Assembly: GCF_000281045.1 (NCBI RefSeq)
Contig: NW_008246079.1
Coordinates: 65,735 to 115,528, forward strand
Direction of reading: 5' to 3'
DNA from: Saprolegnia diclina VS20
Taxonomy: Eukaryota
DNA length: 49,794 nt
This document shows, in pieces, positions 1 to 10,651 of this stretch (the stretch's first letter is position 1; the number at the start of each line of letters is the position of its first letter). The notes under the pieces are model-generated. The model saw nothing but the letters and a program-made list of their open reading frames with translations. It was not told the origin of the DNA and did no database searches. The translations under genes were made by a program, and so were the position numbers.

Positions 1-1073
1 CCGCGGTGGTCTTGGCGATTGTCCAGCTCTACAACCAGTGTCGGGACCACGAGTGCAAGACGGCGGCCCGGGTCGCCGGCATCCTCGCGCTCTTTGAGGC
101 GTGCATGGACGCCTACGTCTTCTCGCGCCCCGCGACAATCACGGGCGGCACGACCAACTCGGTGCACGCGCGGATCATCAACGCGTACGACGACTGCGCG
201 TACTTTACGCCGGCCGTGCATCGCGACGTCATTGCCCAAGTGCTCACGTTCCTCGTCCGCGCCCAGTCGCTTCACATCACGGTGCTCGTCAAGCACCTGC
301 TGAGCACGCTCGCCAAGCTCGTCGAGCGCATTGCTCCACCGGCGCTCTCGGCCTCGGCGCGCGAGATGCTCACGAGCATCCAGCCGAGTCTCGACACCAA
401 GACGCAGGACGTGTCGACAGCGGCAGCGACGCTGACCAGTGCCGAGAAGGCCGCGCTGGGTCTCTGGCGACCTGCGGTGCCCGTGCTCCAGGCGCTGACG
501 ACGCATGCGCTACCCGTGGCGCCAAAAATGGCGCCGTATCTGCTGGCGACGATCGCGACCGTGCTCGGCCCGGCACCCCGGCGCGACGATGACCACGACG
601 ACGAAACGCTCGAGCTCAACGTCCTCGACAAGCTCGTCGAGAGCATGGTCGGCCGCGTGCCACCGTCGGCAGAAGGCACGGCGCGCTTCATGGACCTCTT
701 GACGGCGTCGAGCGGGCGGCGGCCGGCGGTCGCCAGTGCGTGCGTCCAACACCTGATCGCGCTCGGGTCCGTGGCCAACACGAACGGGCCGCTGCGCCAG
801 GCGTGCCGCATTGAGCTCCTCTCGCTGGCCAACGACGCCCTCGGCGCGTACCAGCAGCGCCCGACCGAGCACCGCGAGCGGGTGCTCACGCTGCTCTCGA
901 CGCTCGGGGCGAGTCCGCTCTCGCCGCGCAATGTGCTCGTGCTCTTCCCGTCGCTCTGCGCGTGCATTAGCTGCGACGACGCCGAGATCCGGTCCTGGAT
1001 CCAGCGCATCTTGCTCGAGTCCAACGTGGCCGCGACCTGCTTGGCCCTCCTCCACGACGACGTAACTCAGTAA
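1..1073 (+). CDS. C-terminal part of an alpha-solenoid protein, probably MON2-like (Sec7/MON2 family); 5' end outside window
   Basis: Long helical Leu/Ala-rich ORF open from the window edge, ending TAA at 1073. The C-terminal 'SACVQHLIAL' and 'VLFPSLCACISCDDAEIRSWIQRIL' resemble the MON2 C-terminus (LYPTLVECITCSSSEV), recalled rather than aligned. Confidence 0.55.
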   Translation, partial: AVVLAIVQLYNQCRDHECKTAARVAGILALFEACMDAYVFSRPATITGGTTNSVHARIINAYDDCAYFTPAVHRDVIAQVLTFLVRAQSLHITVLVKHLLSTLAKLVERIAPPALSASAREMLTSIQPSLDTKTQDVSTAAATLTSAEKAALGLWRPAVPVLQALTTHALPVAPKMAPYLLATIATVLGPAPRRDDDHDDETLELNVLDKLVESMVGRVPPSAEGTARFMDLLTASSGRRPAVASACVQHLIALGSVANTNGPLRQACRIELLSLANDALGAYQQRPTEHRERVLTLLSTLGASPLSPRNVLVLFPSLCACISCDDAEIRSWIQRILLESNVAATCLALLHDDVTQ

Positions 1074-1318
1074 ATCCCAATCTTATTGCGATCTTCTCGT
1101 TTGTCCCAACATGGGGCACTGGTGGAAAACCGGTTTAGTCGAAACAACGAGTTTAGTCGCTTCCAATTTCGAGATCCTTCCGCTTCTGGGACATGCGCCT
1201 CGGGAATTCTGCAGCTCGCCGGCCGCTTGCCGCAGCTCCTCGCCCGCCTGCTCGCAACGACGGGCCCTACGAGGTGGCCGAGCATGGAACCATCAAGCAT
1301 CTCTATGGGCCCTGCGGC

Positions 1319-3262
1319 TTATCGCATGCGCTGGAAGAAGAGCAGGTATGCGTTCTCTTGCAGCGCGGCCTCGGTCGTCCGCGGGATGACCGTGTCGTCG
1401 TCGTAGCACGTCCACTGGTCCTTGGCGTCGCAGCATGACATGGTGTAGTGGCCGCCGACGGCCTCCATGCCGTGGTGCGCAATGACGGCGAAGAGCTTGT
1501 AGACCGCGTCGGCCTTGCGCAGCTTGGGCGAGAAGAGCGTCGTTGGGAGCACGAGCTCGAGCGGGTACTCGACAAACGTGTTGAGCTTGAGCGGACCGAG
1601 GCGCGGGTCGTACGTGAAGCGCTTGACGTGGCATGTCAGTACGTTCGGAAGCGACTCGATGAACGTGCGCTTCGTCCCGCGACTCTCCAGCACCTACGTC
1701 CCCTCCGTGAGCTGGCGATGGCAACCTAGGTCGTACCTCGTCGGCCATCGAGCTCTGGATCATCTCGAGTAGCGTCTCGGGCGTCGTGCCCATGTTGAGG
1801 TGCAGGCAGTGGAACGGCTCGACCGTCGACGCGCTCACCTTGCGGCCGGCCTACATTCGCGCAGCTTGATACATACTTGATACAAGCGCGATCCGACGTA
1901 CGCGGATCTCGGACCGCAGCGTGCCCTTGAAGAGGTGTGTGATCGGCGACTCGGTCTCGACGACGTTGTGGTGCACGACGCCGACGCGGCCGTGGGCCTG
2001 AATCTCTTCCCAGCCCTCGTCCGCGTTGTCTCGCTTGGGGGCTTGCGGGAAGACGCAGCCGCTGCGCTCGTACTCGACGTGGAGGCGGTCGAGCACGAAC
2101 TCGAGAAACTCGAGTGCGTCCTGCTGCATGCCGTTGGCCATCTGAAACGCTTTGAGAAAGTAGGTGGGCATCGTGAACGCTGTCTTCTTGGGCAGCTTGC
2201 GCATGTGCACGTGGAGGCCCAGCGTCGGCTCTTCGAACGCATGGACGAGCGCGAGCATGTGCGACCACGCAGGGTACACGTCATTCGGGAGGTCGACAAC
2301 CGCCGCCATCGACACGAGCATGCTACAGGAACGTCAGTCGATGCACGAGGAGCAGCCGTACTTGAGGAACGGGGCGCAGGCGAGGAGCGCTTGGAAGGTC
2401 ACGTTCTGGAAGCATGTGTTGCCTTGGTTGACAAAACCGCTACATCACATTGGAGAAGATGTGGGCGATGGGCTTGCAGTACCGTTTCTGAAGATCGTGG
2501 GCGCCAGCGTGCAAGTCGAGCTCCCGCAGCGCATCGTCAAAGGCGGCTTCAAACGACTTGCGCTCGACAATTGGTGCCGGCGGCGCTTCGGGCGCAGGCG
2601 CCGACGACGGGGCAAGGTTGTGCGTCGACCACGAAAACGGCTTCTTCGGCGGCAACGGCGGCGTGTCGGCGTCCGGCTCGTCGTTCGAGGCTTTTTCGGG
2701 TGCAGCTTCGTTCGTATCTACTTTGGGGGCAGGCGACGGGCTGGCCTTGGGCGGCGCGCCGCTGTTCGGCGCACCAGCTTGTACGCCGGGCTGGCGACCT
2801 CGCCCGCCTGCAGGCGCAGACTTCGCAGGCGCTGCTGCTGCCGGTGCGGGCGTTGTCTGCGCAGGCGCCGCTGGTGTGGGCGCTGCGACAGATGGCGTCG
2901 TCGGGAGGCTGTGCGTTGCCCACGAAAAGGGCTTCTTCGCAGGCGCCGGGACGGCAGGCGGGGCTTGCACCGGCGTCGCTGGCTTGGATGGCGCCTTCGT
3001 CGGTGTTGCAGGCTTGGAGGTCGCTCTTGATGGTGTTGCAGGCTTGGAGGTTGCCCTTGTTGGCGTTGCCGGCTGCGACGGCGGGTTGCTGCGCGGGATG
3101 GGCACGTGCACGGGCGTCGGGATCGGGCCCCACGTCTTGCGGGGCTTGGGCGCGGGCGGCGCTGGTCGCAGCGCATGAGGCGAGACGTCGTCAGGCGGCG
3201 TACGTACCTAGCGTCTTGGCTTCCTCGGGCGTAAAGTCGCCAAACAAGATCGACTCGGCCAT
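1319..3262 (-). CDS. USP10: Ubiquitin carboxyl-terminal hydrolase, USP10/Ubp3-like (multi-exon)
   Basis: Exon 1 (3262-3208) reads MAESILFGDFTPEEAKTL, followed by a Pro-rich region. Cys box GFVNQGNTCFQN (~2440-2403), QQDALEF, His box HHGMEAVGGHY and WTCYDD are all present. Five short GT-AG introns (3207-3162, ~2482-2441, 2361-2323, ~1900-1851, ~1736-1694) join the frames. Confidence 0.88.
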
Positions 3263-3710
3263 GCTCGTTTCCAACTAAGTCACGACCAAGTGCAAACTCG
3301 TCTATTTAATTACTATTTTCAATTCCTTATACAAATGGCAAGGTAAATGCACGACATACAATTCACGGTTCAACCAAACCGCGGCGAACGTGCGTGGAAC
3401 AGCGCGGTTGGCGCGGGCACGAGGCTAAACCCACGCAACTTTAGCGGCCGGACTCGGCGGCGTCGGCCCTTGCAGCGCACCAGCACGCGGTGGAGCTCGG
3501 CCAAAGTGTATAATCTCCATCCATCTCCATCCATCTCGTCCGCGTACGCGTAGTCGATAATCTACACCAGCACTAGTATTAGCTATAAACTGCCAACCAC
3601 CTCGTTACGACTGGTGTTCTTATGTCAGAACAGCGAATGTAGAAAGGACGTTGCAGTTGTACAGGCCATCGACTCTCTTACTACTGTATGTGTGATGAGT
3701 CTAGTCACAG

Positions 3711-6700
3711 CTACGCGCACAAGTGGTCCTCGGTCGTATCGGCAATCACGCGCCTGGTGAGAGCGGTGCGGATAGACGCCGCGTCGGGGCGGCACCCCGG
3801 GTCTCTGTCCATGCAGCGCTTGGCGAGCGCGAGGAACCACGCAGGGCTCGACGCACTCATCTGCGGGCGGGCATTATCTCGAGCCACCGCGTGCCAAAGC
3901 GCATAGGCGCTCGCAAATTGGCGGTCGCTGAACGGTACTTGGAGCGTGTCGAGCTCCGAGAGCACAACGCCGAACGAGTAGATGTCGGCTTTGGTCAACG
4001 CGCCAATGTCGCCGCGGCTATAGTGGAGCTCGGGTGCCATCCACTGAATAGTGCCGGCGCCCATGACCGTCTCGGGCGTGGCCTCAGCGAGCGTCCGTGC
4101 CTCGCCAAAGTCCACCAGCTTGACGCGGCCATCCTCAAGCACCATGATGTTGTGGGACTTGATGTCGAGGTGCACCATGCTTCTCTCGATGTGCAGATAC
4201 GCAATGGCCTCGATTAGACCAAGTGCAATGCGACACCGCTGGCGCCACGACGGCGCCGGGGAGCGCTGCAACCAATCGCGCAGGTTCTCGCCCGGCGCCA
4301 CGAGCTCCATGACAAAGCTCGGTTGCGCGGAGGTCACGTGGCGTGTGCCCCGGAACGAAACCACCCTCGGCGATTGCAAGCTACGACGCATCAGCGTCCG
4401 AGCTCCGAAGGGCGAGCGTACCTCGCGAGCAGTCGCATTTCACGCAGAAACTTGGTGCGGTTGTGCCGGTCGCTCGCGACGCCTGGAAGCAGCTGCTTGA
4501 GCGCACACGGCTCGTCCTTGAAGCTACAGCGCACGACGACAGCGTAGCTGCCGGTGCCGAGGAGCATGTCTCTCGATACAACCAATTGGCCGTGATCGGC
4601 CGAGGGCACTACGCAAGCGTAAGGGTCGAGTCCAAGTCGCGTCCGCCTACATCCGGCTGCGGCAACGTCGTCCGAAGTCGCCTCGTGCGTGCAACGCGCC
4701 AAGAGCTTCTCCGTCGGACGCTCGGCGCACGCCATAATTTGGCGCTGAAGAGCAGCGACGATTTTCTCGGTCGTGGGGCGCTTGCTCTGATCGAGCGTCA
4801 TGCAGTGGTTGGCAAGCGCGCGGAACATCGGAGTGCAACCGGGGGACGGCCGCGGTGTCAGCGTACCTTGCTTAACGCGGTAGAGCACCGGGTAAATGCT
4901 AGTGCCCGTCGTGTCGGCCTCCAGCGGTGTCGTGGCGGTGTCGACCTCGCACATGAGCACTCCAAACGCGTAGATGTCGGATGCCTTGGAGTACGCTTGC
5001 GCCGATAGAACTTCGGGAGCAGCGTACAGCTGGGCGCTGCGGGACAAGTGCCGGAAGCTACTCGACTCGCGTACGTGCCGGGCAGCACCGAGACGCCCGA
5101 GCTTGGGCTGGCGGTGGGCGCCCAAGAAGACGCTCTCCGAACACACGTCGCCGTGGATCCAACCGCGCCGGTGCAGATCGTCAAGGCCCTGGGCTACGCC
5201 GAGAAGCAAGTAGAGTTTGTCGACGACCGACAGCGTGTGTTGAAGGACGAACTCGCGCAAGCTACCGAGCGGAGGGTACTCGATGACCATCGCCGGAGCG
5301 AACGCTGCCATGTTGGCCACGCCAATGAGCTTGACTATGTGCGGCGACTGCACGCTCTGAAGCCTAGAGTTGGGATGATGAGCCACGTGGCGGGCGGCCT
5401 TGGTGCGTACCGGAGCAAGAGACTCACTTCGTCAAAGAAGCGAGCTCGCGTGTCGACGTCGATGCCTTTGGTCGACTGTGTCGTCGGACGCTTGATCCAG
5501 ACGAGCTCGGACGACAGGCGACATCGGAACGTCTCCATGTAGTCGTCGATCTCGACAATGCTCTCAAACTGCAGCGCCACCGAGTCGACGGCAACGACGG
5601 ACGCCGGTCCTAGTACGGTAATGTGACTTGTCCGCAAACCACCATGACTACCAGGCATATCGAGCGTGCTGCTCGGGTGGAGGAGGTCGTACAGCCGGCG
5701 CACAATGGAAGCTGGTGACGGACGCGTCGTCGGATCTTGTCGCATGCAGTCGGCTGCGAGCTGGGCGAGGCCGCTCGGGCAGTCGGCGCTGACGTGCACA
5801 TTGGTGCCGCCAGAGATAATCGTCGCGAGCGCGTGGTCCGTCACGATCGACTCGTGCGGCTGTTTGTGCGTCTCGAGCTCATACAAAAGCGTCCCAAAGG
5901 CAAAGACGTCCATGGCCGACGTCGGTTGCGCGTTTGCGAGAAAGACCTCGGGGGGGTACCACCGCGACGCGCCCGTGCCGAGGGTGACACACTCGCGGAG
6001 GCGCGTTGTGAGCGCAACGCCGACGTTGGTGAGACGCGGGCGAAAGGTGCCGTCGACCAAGACGTTGTGCGAGGTCAAGTTCATGTGGCAGACGCCGAGC
6101 GCGTGGAGATGCGCCAGACACGCGATAATGTTGTGGGCACACCAAAGCTTGAGGCGCCAGTAGAACGGCCCGGCGTACGGCGGGCACTCGGCGAGGACGT
6201 CACGGAGGCTGCGCAGACCTCGTCGATCAACGACGAGACATGGCACGGGCGGCGGCGGCTCACATCCAAGCAGCGACGTCTGGGGTACGTAGCAGACACC
6301 GAGCACGCGCGGCATGTACGTATCGCACTGGACCCTACGAGTTCTGTCAGCGCGACAAACAGGAGGTACGCAAACCTACGCGAGGAGACGGGCCACGTGG
6401 TCCAATAAGTCTCGGTGACCGAGCGCACCTTGCTGACGCGCCTGGTGGACGGCGACGGAGTGGCCATCGTAGGTTCCCCGCCGAAGCACGACATCGCCGT
6501 CGGTGCCGTCGACGTCCATGCCGCAAGTGAGCAACCCGGCGTCGAGGGTCGCTACGCGATAGTGCGACAGAAGGTCGTCGAGCGATGTGGACGGCTCGAG
6601 GAGCGACGCCCGCGGCGTGAACGGGGCGACGCTTGCAGCCATTGTCGGCGCTGGCAACAAAGCGCGTGAGCACTTGGTGATCCTCAAAGTCCGTTGGTGG

Positions 6701-7370
6701 TGCTGATTTTCGTACACGACGCCGTCGTTGGCGCCGTGGCGTTCGAGTACGTCCACGACGTCTGCGATGGACATGCGACCGTTGACGCATGCGGTCGCCA
6801 GCGTCAGCAGCCACGTCGGCGTAGGCGGTACATGGAACAAACAGTTGGTGGCCGCCAGCGCCGTGGCGCGCGTCCGCATGGCATGAAGCACACGTCCGAG
6901 GCCGCGGACGTCTTCGTCGTCGTCGTCGTCCTCGGCATCGACGCCGCTGAGGCCACAGAGCTTGACGTCAAAGTTGGCGCTGAGAAGAATGTGCTTGGGG
7001 CAAAGCCGATTGTGCGCGAGACCATAGTTGTGGAGATACGACACGGCCGTCGCCACGCTCCATGCAATGTGGGCTTGGGCCGGCCACAAGAGCGACGACG
7101 GGTGCTGCAGCGCGTGCAGATAGCTCTCGAGATCGCCAAGGCCCATGTACTCGCAGACGATACCTGGTGGCGACGACAGGACCCCAACGAGAGTTGGAAA
7201 GGCGGTCGAGTCGGCGCGAACGCCGTCAACTGCAGCGCTTCGACCGAAGCATGGTCGTGCCGCTTGACGAAGACGCGCTTCGTACCATAGAAGCCCGCGC
7301 CGCTCTGCTTCTCGTCAAACGCGATGGCCGACTCGGGGATCACAGCAGCAACCTCGCTCGCCATGACCAT
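3711..7370 (-). CDS. Tandem TKL-family kinase protein: three degenerate (pseudo)kinase domains plus one C-terminal apparently active kinase
   Basis: Four kinase folds in consecutive minus-strand ORFs, joined by phase-2 introns at ~6378-6335, ~5410-5365 and ~4421-4381. Domain 4 has GTGSYA, ALKQ, HLDIKSHN, DFG, GTIQWMAPE and DIYSFG. Domains 1-3 have HNRL/CGL, HMNL/NVG and HGDV/RLG instead. The 5' exon structure is uncertain. Confidence 0.8.
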
Positions 7371-7995
7371 CAACTCGCAACTGATATATGGGTTTTTGCG
7401 GGTTGGGAGTGTTTGTCACTTTCATTTTGACTCGGAAGACGATAAGCTTACAGAGTTTGTTGTACACTGGAACGGAATCGCAGCAAAAGCAAATTACGAA
7501 GCAGCGGAGCCATGGCTGAAATCCGATGTCTACCCAGGCGCGCCCCGGGGTATTTTTTTGGATACCTCTGCATGCACTCAATAAGACGACATCTTATTGC
7601 TCCTTGTTACACGCTCCGGTACACGGGTGTTGGTACGCACGGCGTTGTTTGCTGCAGCCGAGGAACGTGCACTTGCTGCTGCTCCGTCTGCAGGCAGAAC
7701 TGCCGGCGCGTGCTACGTTGAAACATGGGTATAGTATACCCTTGGTTGGGACCAGCCTCAAGGTGCTCAGTTCCAGCAGCCCCCGCGTTCCGGTCGTAAC
7801 GGTGCCGCGATTGGGACGAGCCCATTCACGACACACGGGCCTTTAGTTTCGTCGCCCGCCATCGCCAGGTCACAGAAGAGCCGACTGCTACGAGTTGCAG
7901 CCGGTGCATACGCTGAAACGGCGTCGGGAGACCCTAACCCGCCAAAGTATAGAACACAAGACAATTGGATTTACATAGGTAAAAGATATACAAAT

Positions 7996-9717
7996 CTACT
8001 TGGGGCACGTGCCGTTGACCGTGCCCTTGCCGCCGGCGATGCGGTAGCACTTGGTCGACGGGTAGATGGACATGATGTTGCTCGTGAGCGAGAACGAGAG
8101 CGCGCCGAGAAAGATGACGATGAGAGCGACGCCGGCGACCTTGCTCTTGCCGCCGCGCTTCTTGAGCAACTGCATCTGCGCCTTCTGCGGCGGGAGCATG
8201 AAGAGCCAGAGGAGCGACCCGAGCTTGCAGCCGTACGAGATGAAGTAGCAGTAGGTCACTTCCCAGCGCACATGCGTGTCGTCGCGGAGGATGTCCTTTT
8301 GCGAGACGTCAAAGTACGAGTCGATGTACTTGTAGATGAAGGCCGAGACGGGCGACGCGAGGTTGTTGACCGTCGTCACGAGACCGTACGTCGCGCCTTC
8401 GTTGCCAATGTCGGCGATCTCGACCGCAAAGTACGTCGAGATGATGAAGCGGATGCCGCCCGGCACGTTGTCGGCGAGCGCGACGCCCGTGAAGAACCAC
8501 TGGTTGCGATACCCGTCCCAGATGGTCATGAACGTCACAAAGCCGTCGACGGCGATGACGCCAAAGGTGCCGAGCGCGATCGTCCAGCGCCAGTTCCAGT
8601 GGAGACCCCACTTGCCGACCGAGACAAGGATGCCCGTGTAGATCAAGCTGCCAACGACGTCCGAGAGCGAGCTGTTGAGCGGCTCGACCTTGGCCCAGTG
8701 GTTGGCGATCGGGTTGCCGGGTGTGGCCGAGATGCCCTGGAACGTCGCGTCGAGGAAGCGGTAGGCGCACACTTGCCACATGATGCGCTTCTGGAGGAGG
8801 TCCCAGAACTGCGCGACCCAGGCTTTGAAGCCGAGCGGCTCGCCCTTGGGCTCTTCGAGGATAAAGATGGTCGAGAGCACGACGAGGACGCAGGGCACGA
8901 GGCAGATAACGTACGGGACGTTCGGGCCGACGGCCCAGTCAAACGAGCCGCCGTACTCGGGGCCGTTGAGCAAGAACGACAGCACAAGCGACGCGAGGAC
9001 GCCCGTGAGCGTGCGCACCGTATAGATCGCCGTCTGGACGCGCCCGCGGATCGCAAGCGGCTCGCGCTGGGCGTACTCGACGACCATCGCGTCGGCCGAG
9101 CAGTCGGCAACGACGTACCCAAACGAGACGAGCATCGACATGACGATGAAGAGCGTGCCGCGGCCCGGCGCGTCAAGGTCAATGAACGCGTCGATCTCGG
9201 CTTGGGTCAAGTTGGCCAGCGGAAGACTGCACTTGTCGGTGCGGCGCGCGTCGCAGTACGGGTTGCCGAGCGACGCGAAGGACATGACGGCGAGACAAAT
9301 GGCCGTGATGGCCCACCCGATGAGCATCCAGCTCTTGCGGCGGTAGCCAAAGATGGGGAAGCAGTCCGAGAGCATGCCAAAGAAGACCTTGAACGACCAG
9401 CCGACGGTGACGAGGACGCCGTAGGACGAGGTTTGGTACCCTTCCATGTTGAGGTAGTTGTTGAAGATCGGGTACGCGAGCGATGGGATGAGACTGTAGA
9501 TAACGCCGATCGCACCGTACTGCGCAAAGAGGCCAAAGGCTTCGCGGGAGAAGAGGTCGAGCGCGCCGCCTTGGACGATCGCGCCGTCTTCGAGCTCGCC
9601 CGGGGACTTGGTCGGGGACTGGAGCTCCTTAAAGTTGTCGGCGTCCGACGCCGCGTTGACCGACCGGATGTACGAGACGCGCTCCTCGAGCTCGAACGTC
9701 GCTGTGGCTGCCACCAT
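7996..9717 (-). CDS. Folate-biopterin transporter (FBT/BT1, MFS-like)
   Basis: Intronless with about 12 hydrophobic segments. Motifs WSFKVFFGMLSDCFPIFGYRRKSW, ADAMVVEYAQREP and EGATYGLVTTVNNL. ATG at 9717 lies just downstream of an Inr/FPR element. Confidence 0.9.
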   Translation of the reverse strand: MVAATATFELEERVSYIRSVNAASDADNFKELQSPTKSPGELEDGAIVQGGALDLFSREAFGLFAQYGAIGVIYSLIPSLAYPIFNNYLNMEGYQTSSYGVLVTVGWSFKVFFGMLSDCFPIFGYRRKSWMLIGWAITAICLAVMSFASLGNPYCDARRTDKCSLPLANLTQAEIDAFIDLDAPGRGTLFIVMSMLVSFGYVVADCSADAMVVEYAQREPLAIRGRVQTAIYTVRTLTGVLASLVLSFLLNGPEYGGSFDWAVGPNVPYVICLVPCVLVVLSTIFILEEPKGEPLGFKAWVAQFWDLLQKRIMWQVCAYRFLDATFQGISATPGNPIANHWAKVEPLNSSLSDVVGSLIYTGILVSVGKWGLHWNWRWTIALGTFGVIAVDGFVTFMTIWDGYRNQWFFTGVALADNVPGGIRFIISTYFAVEIADIGNEGATYGLVTTVNNLASPVSAFIYKYIDSYFDVSQKDILRDDTHVRWEVTYCYFISYGCKLGSLLWLFMLPPQKAQMQLLKKRGGKSKVAGVALIVIFLGALSFSLTSNIMSIYPSTKCYRIAGGKGTVNGTCPK

Positions 9718-9744
9718 GCTGCTGCTAGTAGTTGGCACTGCAAA

Positions 9745-9760
9745 GCAAGATGGAAAATGA
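9745..9760 (-). promoter_or_regulatory. Oomycete Inr+FPR core promoter
   Basis: TCATTTTCCATCTTGC on the minus strand, 28 nt upstream of the FBT ATG. Confidence 0.6.
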
Positions 9761-10651
9761 AAGACGTCAACGGGCCCGCGGGGCGTGGGGAGCTGCACGC
9801 CCACGTGGCGACCGCTCTCGCAAGCGTAACGGAGGCGCCGGACGTGGCCAGTCTCAGCATCCTGAAGACAATACATGTATGCCACCTTAGCCCACCAGAT
9901 GGCACCGAGCTCGCGTCTGTCGCACGCCACGTTTCGTTTTCTATGGCCAGGTGATTCCCCAGTGCTACCACCGATCCCCACGCAGCGCACGGCGGCGTCC
10001 ACCCAGAGATGCCCACGGACGCGTGGCGAAGGAATCCCAGCCGCGCGAATCTCGCCATCGAGACCGCTCTCCCTTTTGCACCCCTCTGGTGCGCCCTTTC
10101 TATGGCCAGACCATGTACTACTAGTATGAACACTTGCCTTGCGCTGCTGAGTGGTGTGCAGCGCACACTGCGTGGTCATTGCGCTCGTCGCCCGAAAGGT
10201 TCTCGGACGTTCTGTCGTGGTGGCCAACGGCGAGATATTGCGCTGTACGAGGTCACCCTGCTCCTGACTGAGCGCGCACTGGTCTAAACTCACTAGTAGA
10301 CTAGATACATATACGAGCGCGAATAATAATGCTAGCTGCGATTACTCGAGTCTGGAACTGCAAAGTGCAACATGGCATGATCACCTGGGCTGCCACGTGT
10401 CTTTATTTGTGGTAAAATTGGCGTTGGCCAACACCACGCAACTTTGCGTCGACCAGCGTTCCTGATCCGAGCAACACACTTCTCGCAGAGCCTCGGACAT
10501 GGACAGCAGCGCTCCACGTCGCAAAGCGCTCATCGCGTCGCACTGCTAAGGTCTTGCATGGCCCAGCATAAAGCACTACTAATGGCACACAATGCCGAAA
10601 ATAAAAAGTATTGCCTCGAGTTGGAGCGGCGTGTGCCGAAATTACCCTGCC

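Noticed and set aside
3514..3537. TCTCCATCCA short tandem repeat between USP10 and the kinase gene
   Set aside because: Only about 2.4 copies; ordinary slippage.
7324..7584. 86-aa plus-strand ORF overlapping the kinase start
   Set aside because: No recognisable motif, atypical codon usage, and it lies in a promoter region; cannot be supported.
8272..9954. Long antisense and alternate-frame ORFs (also 1935-3278, 30296-31684, 31353-32822, 40377-41726, 42709-43890, 45762-47126)
   Set aside because: Shadow ORFs caused by GC-rich codon bias in real genes; Arg/Ala-rich with no motifs.
9718..10293. N-terminal extension of the FBT in the ORF track (likewise 42106-42261 and 24716-24775)
   Set aside because: Not conserved between paralogs where a comparison is possible, and Inr/FPR elements sit just before the downstream ATGs.
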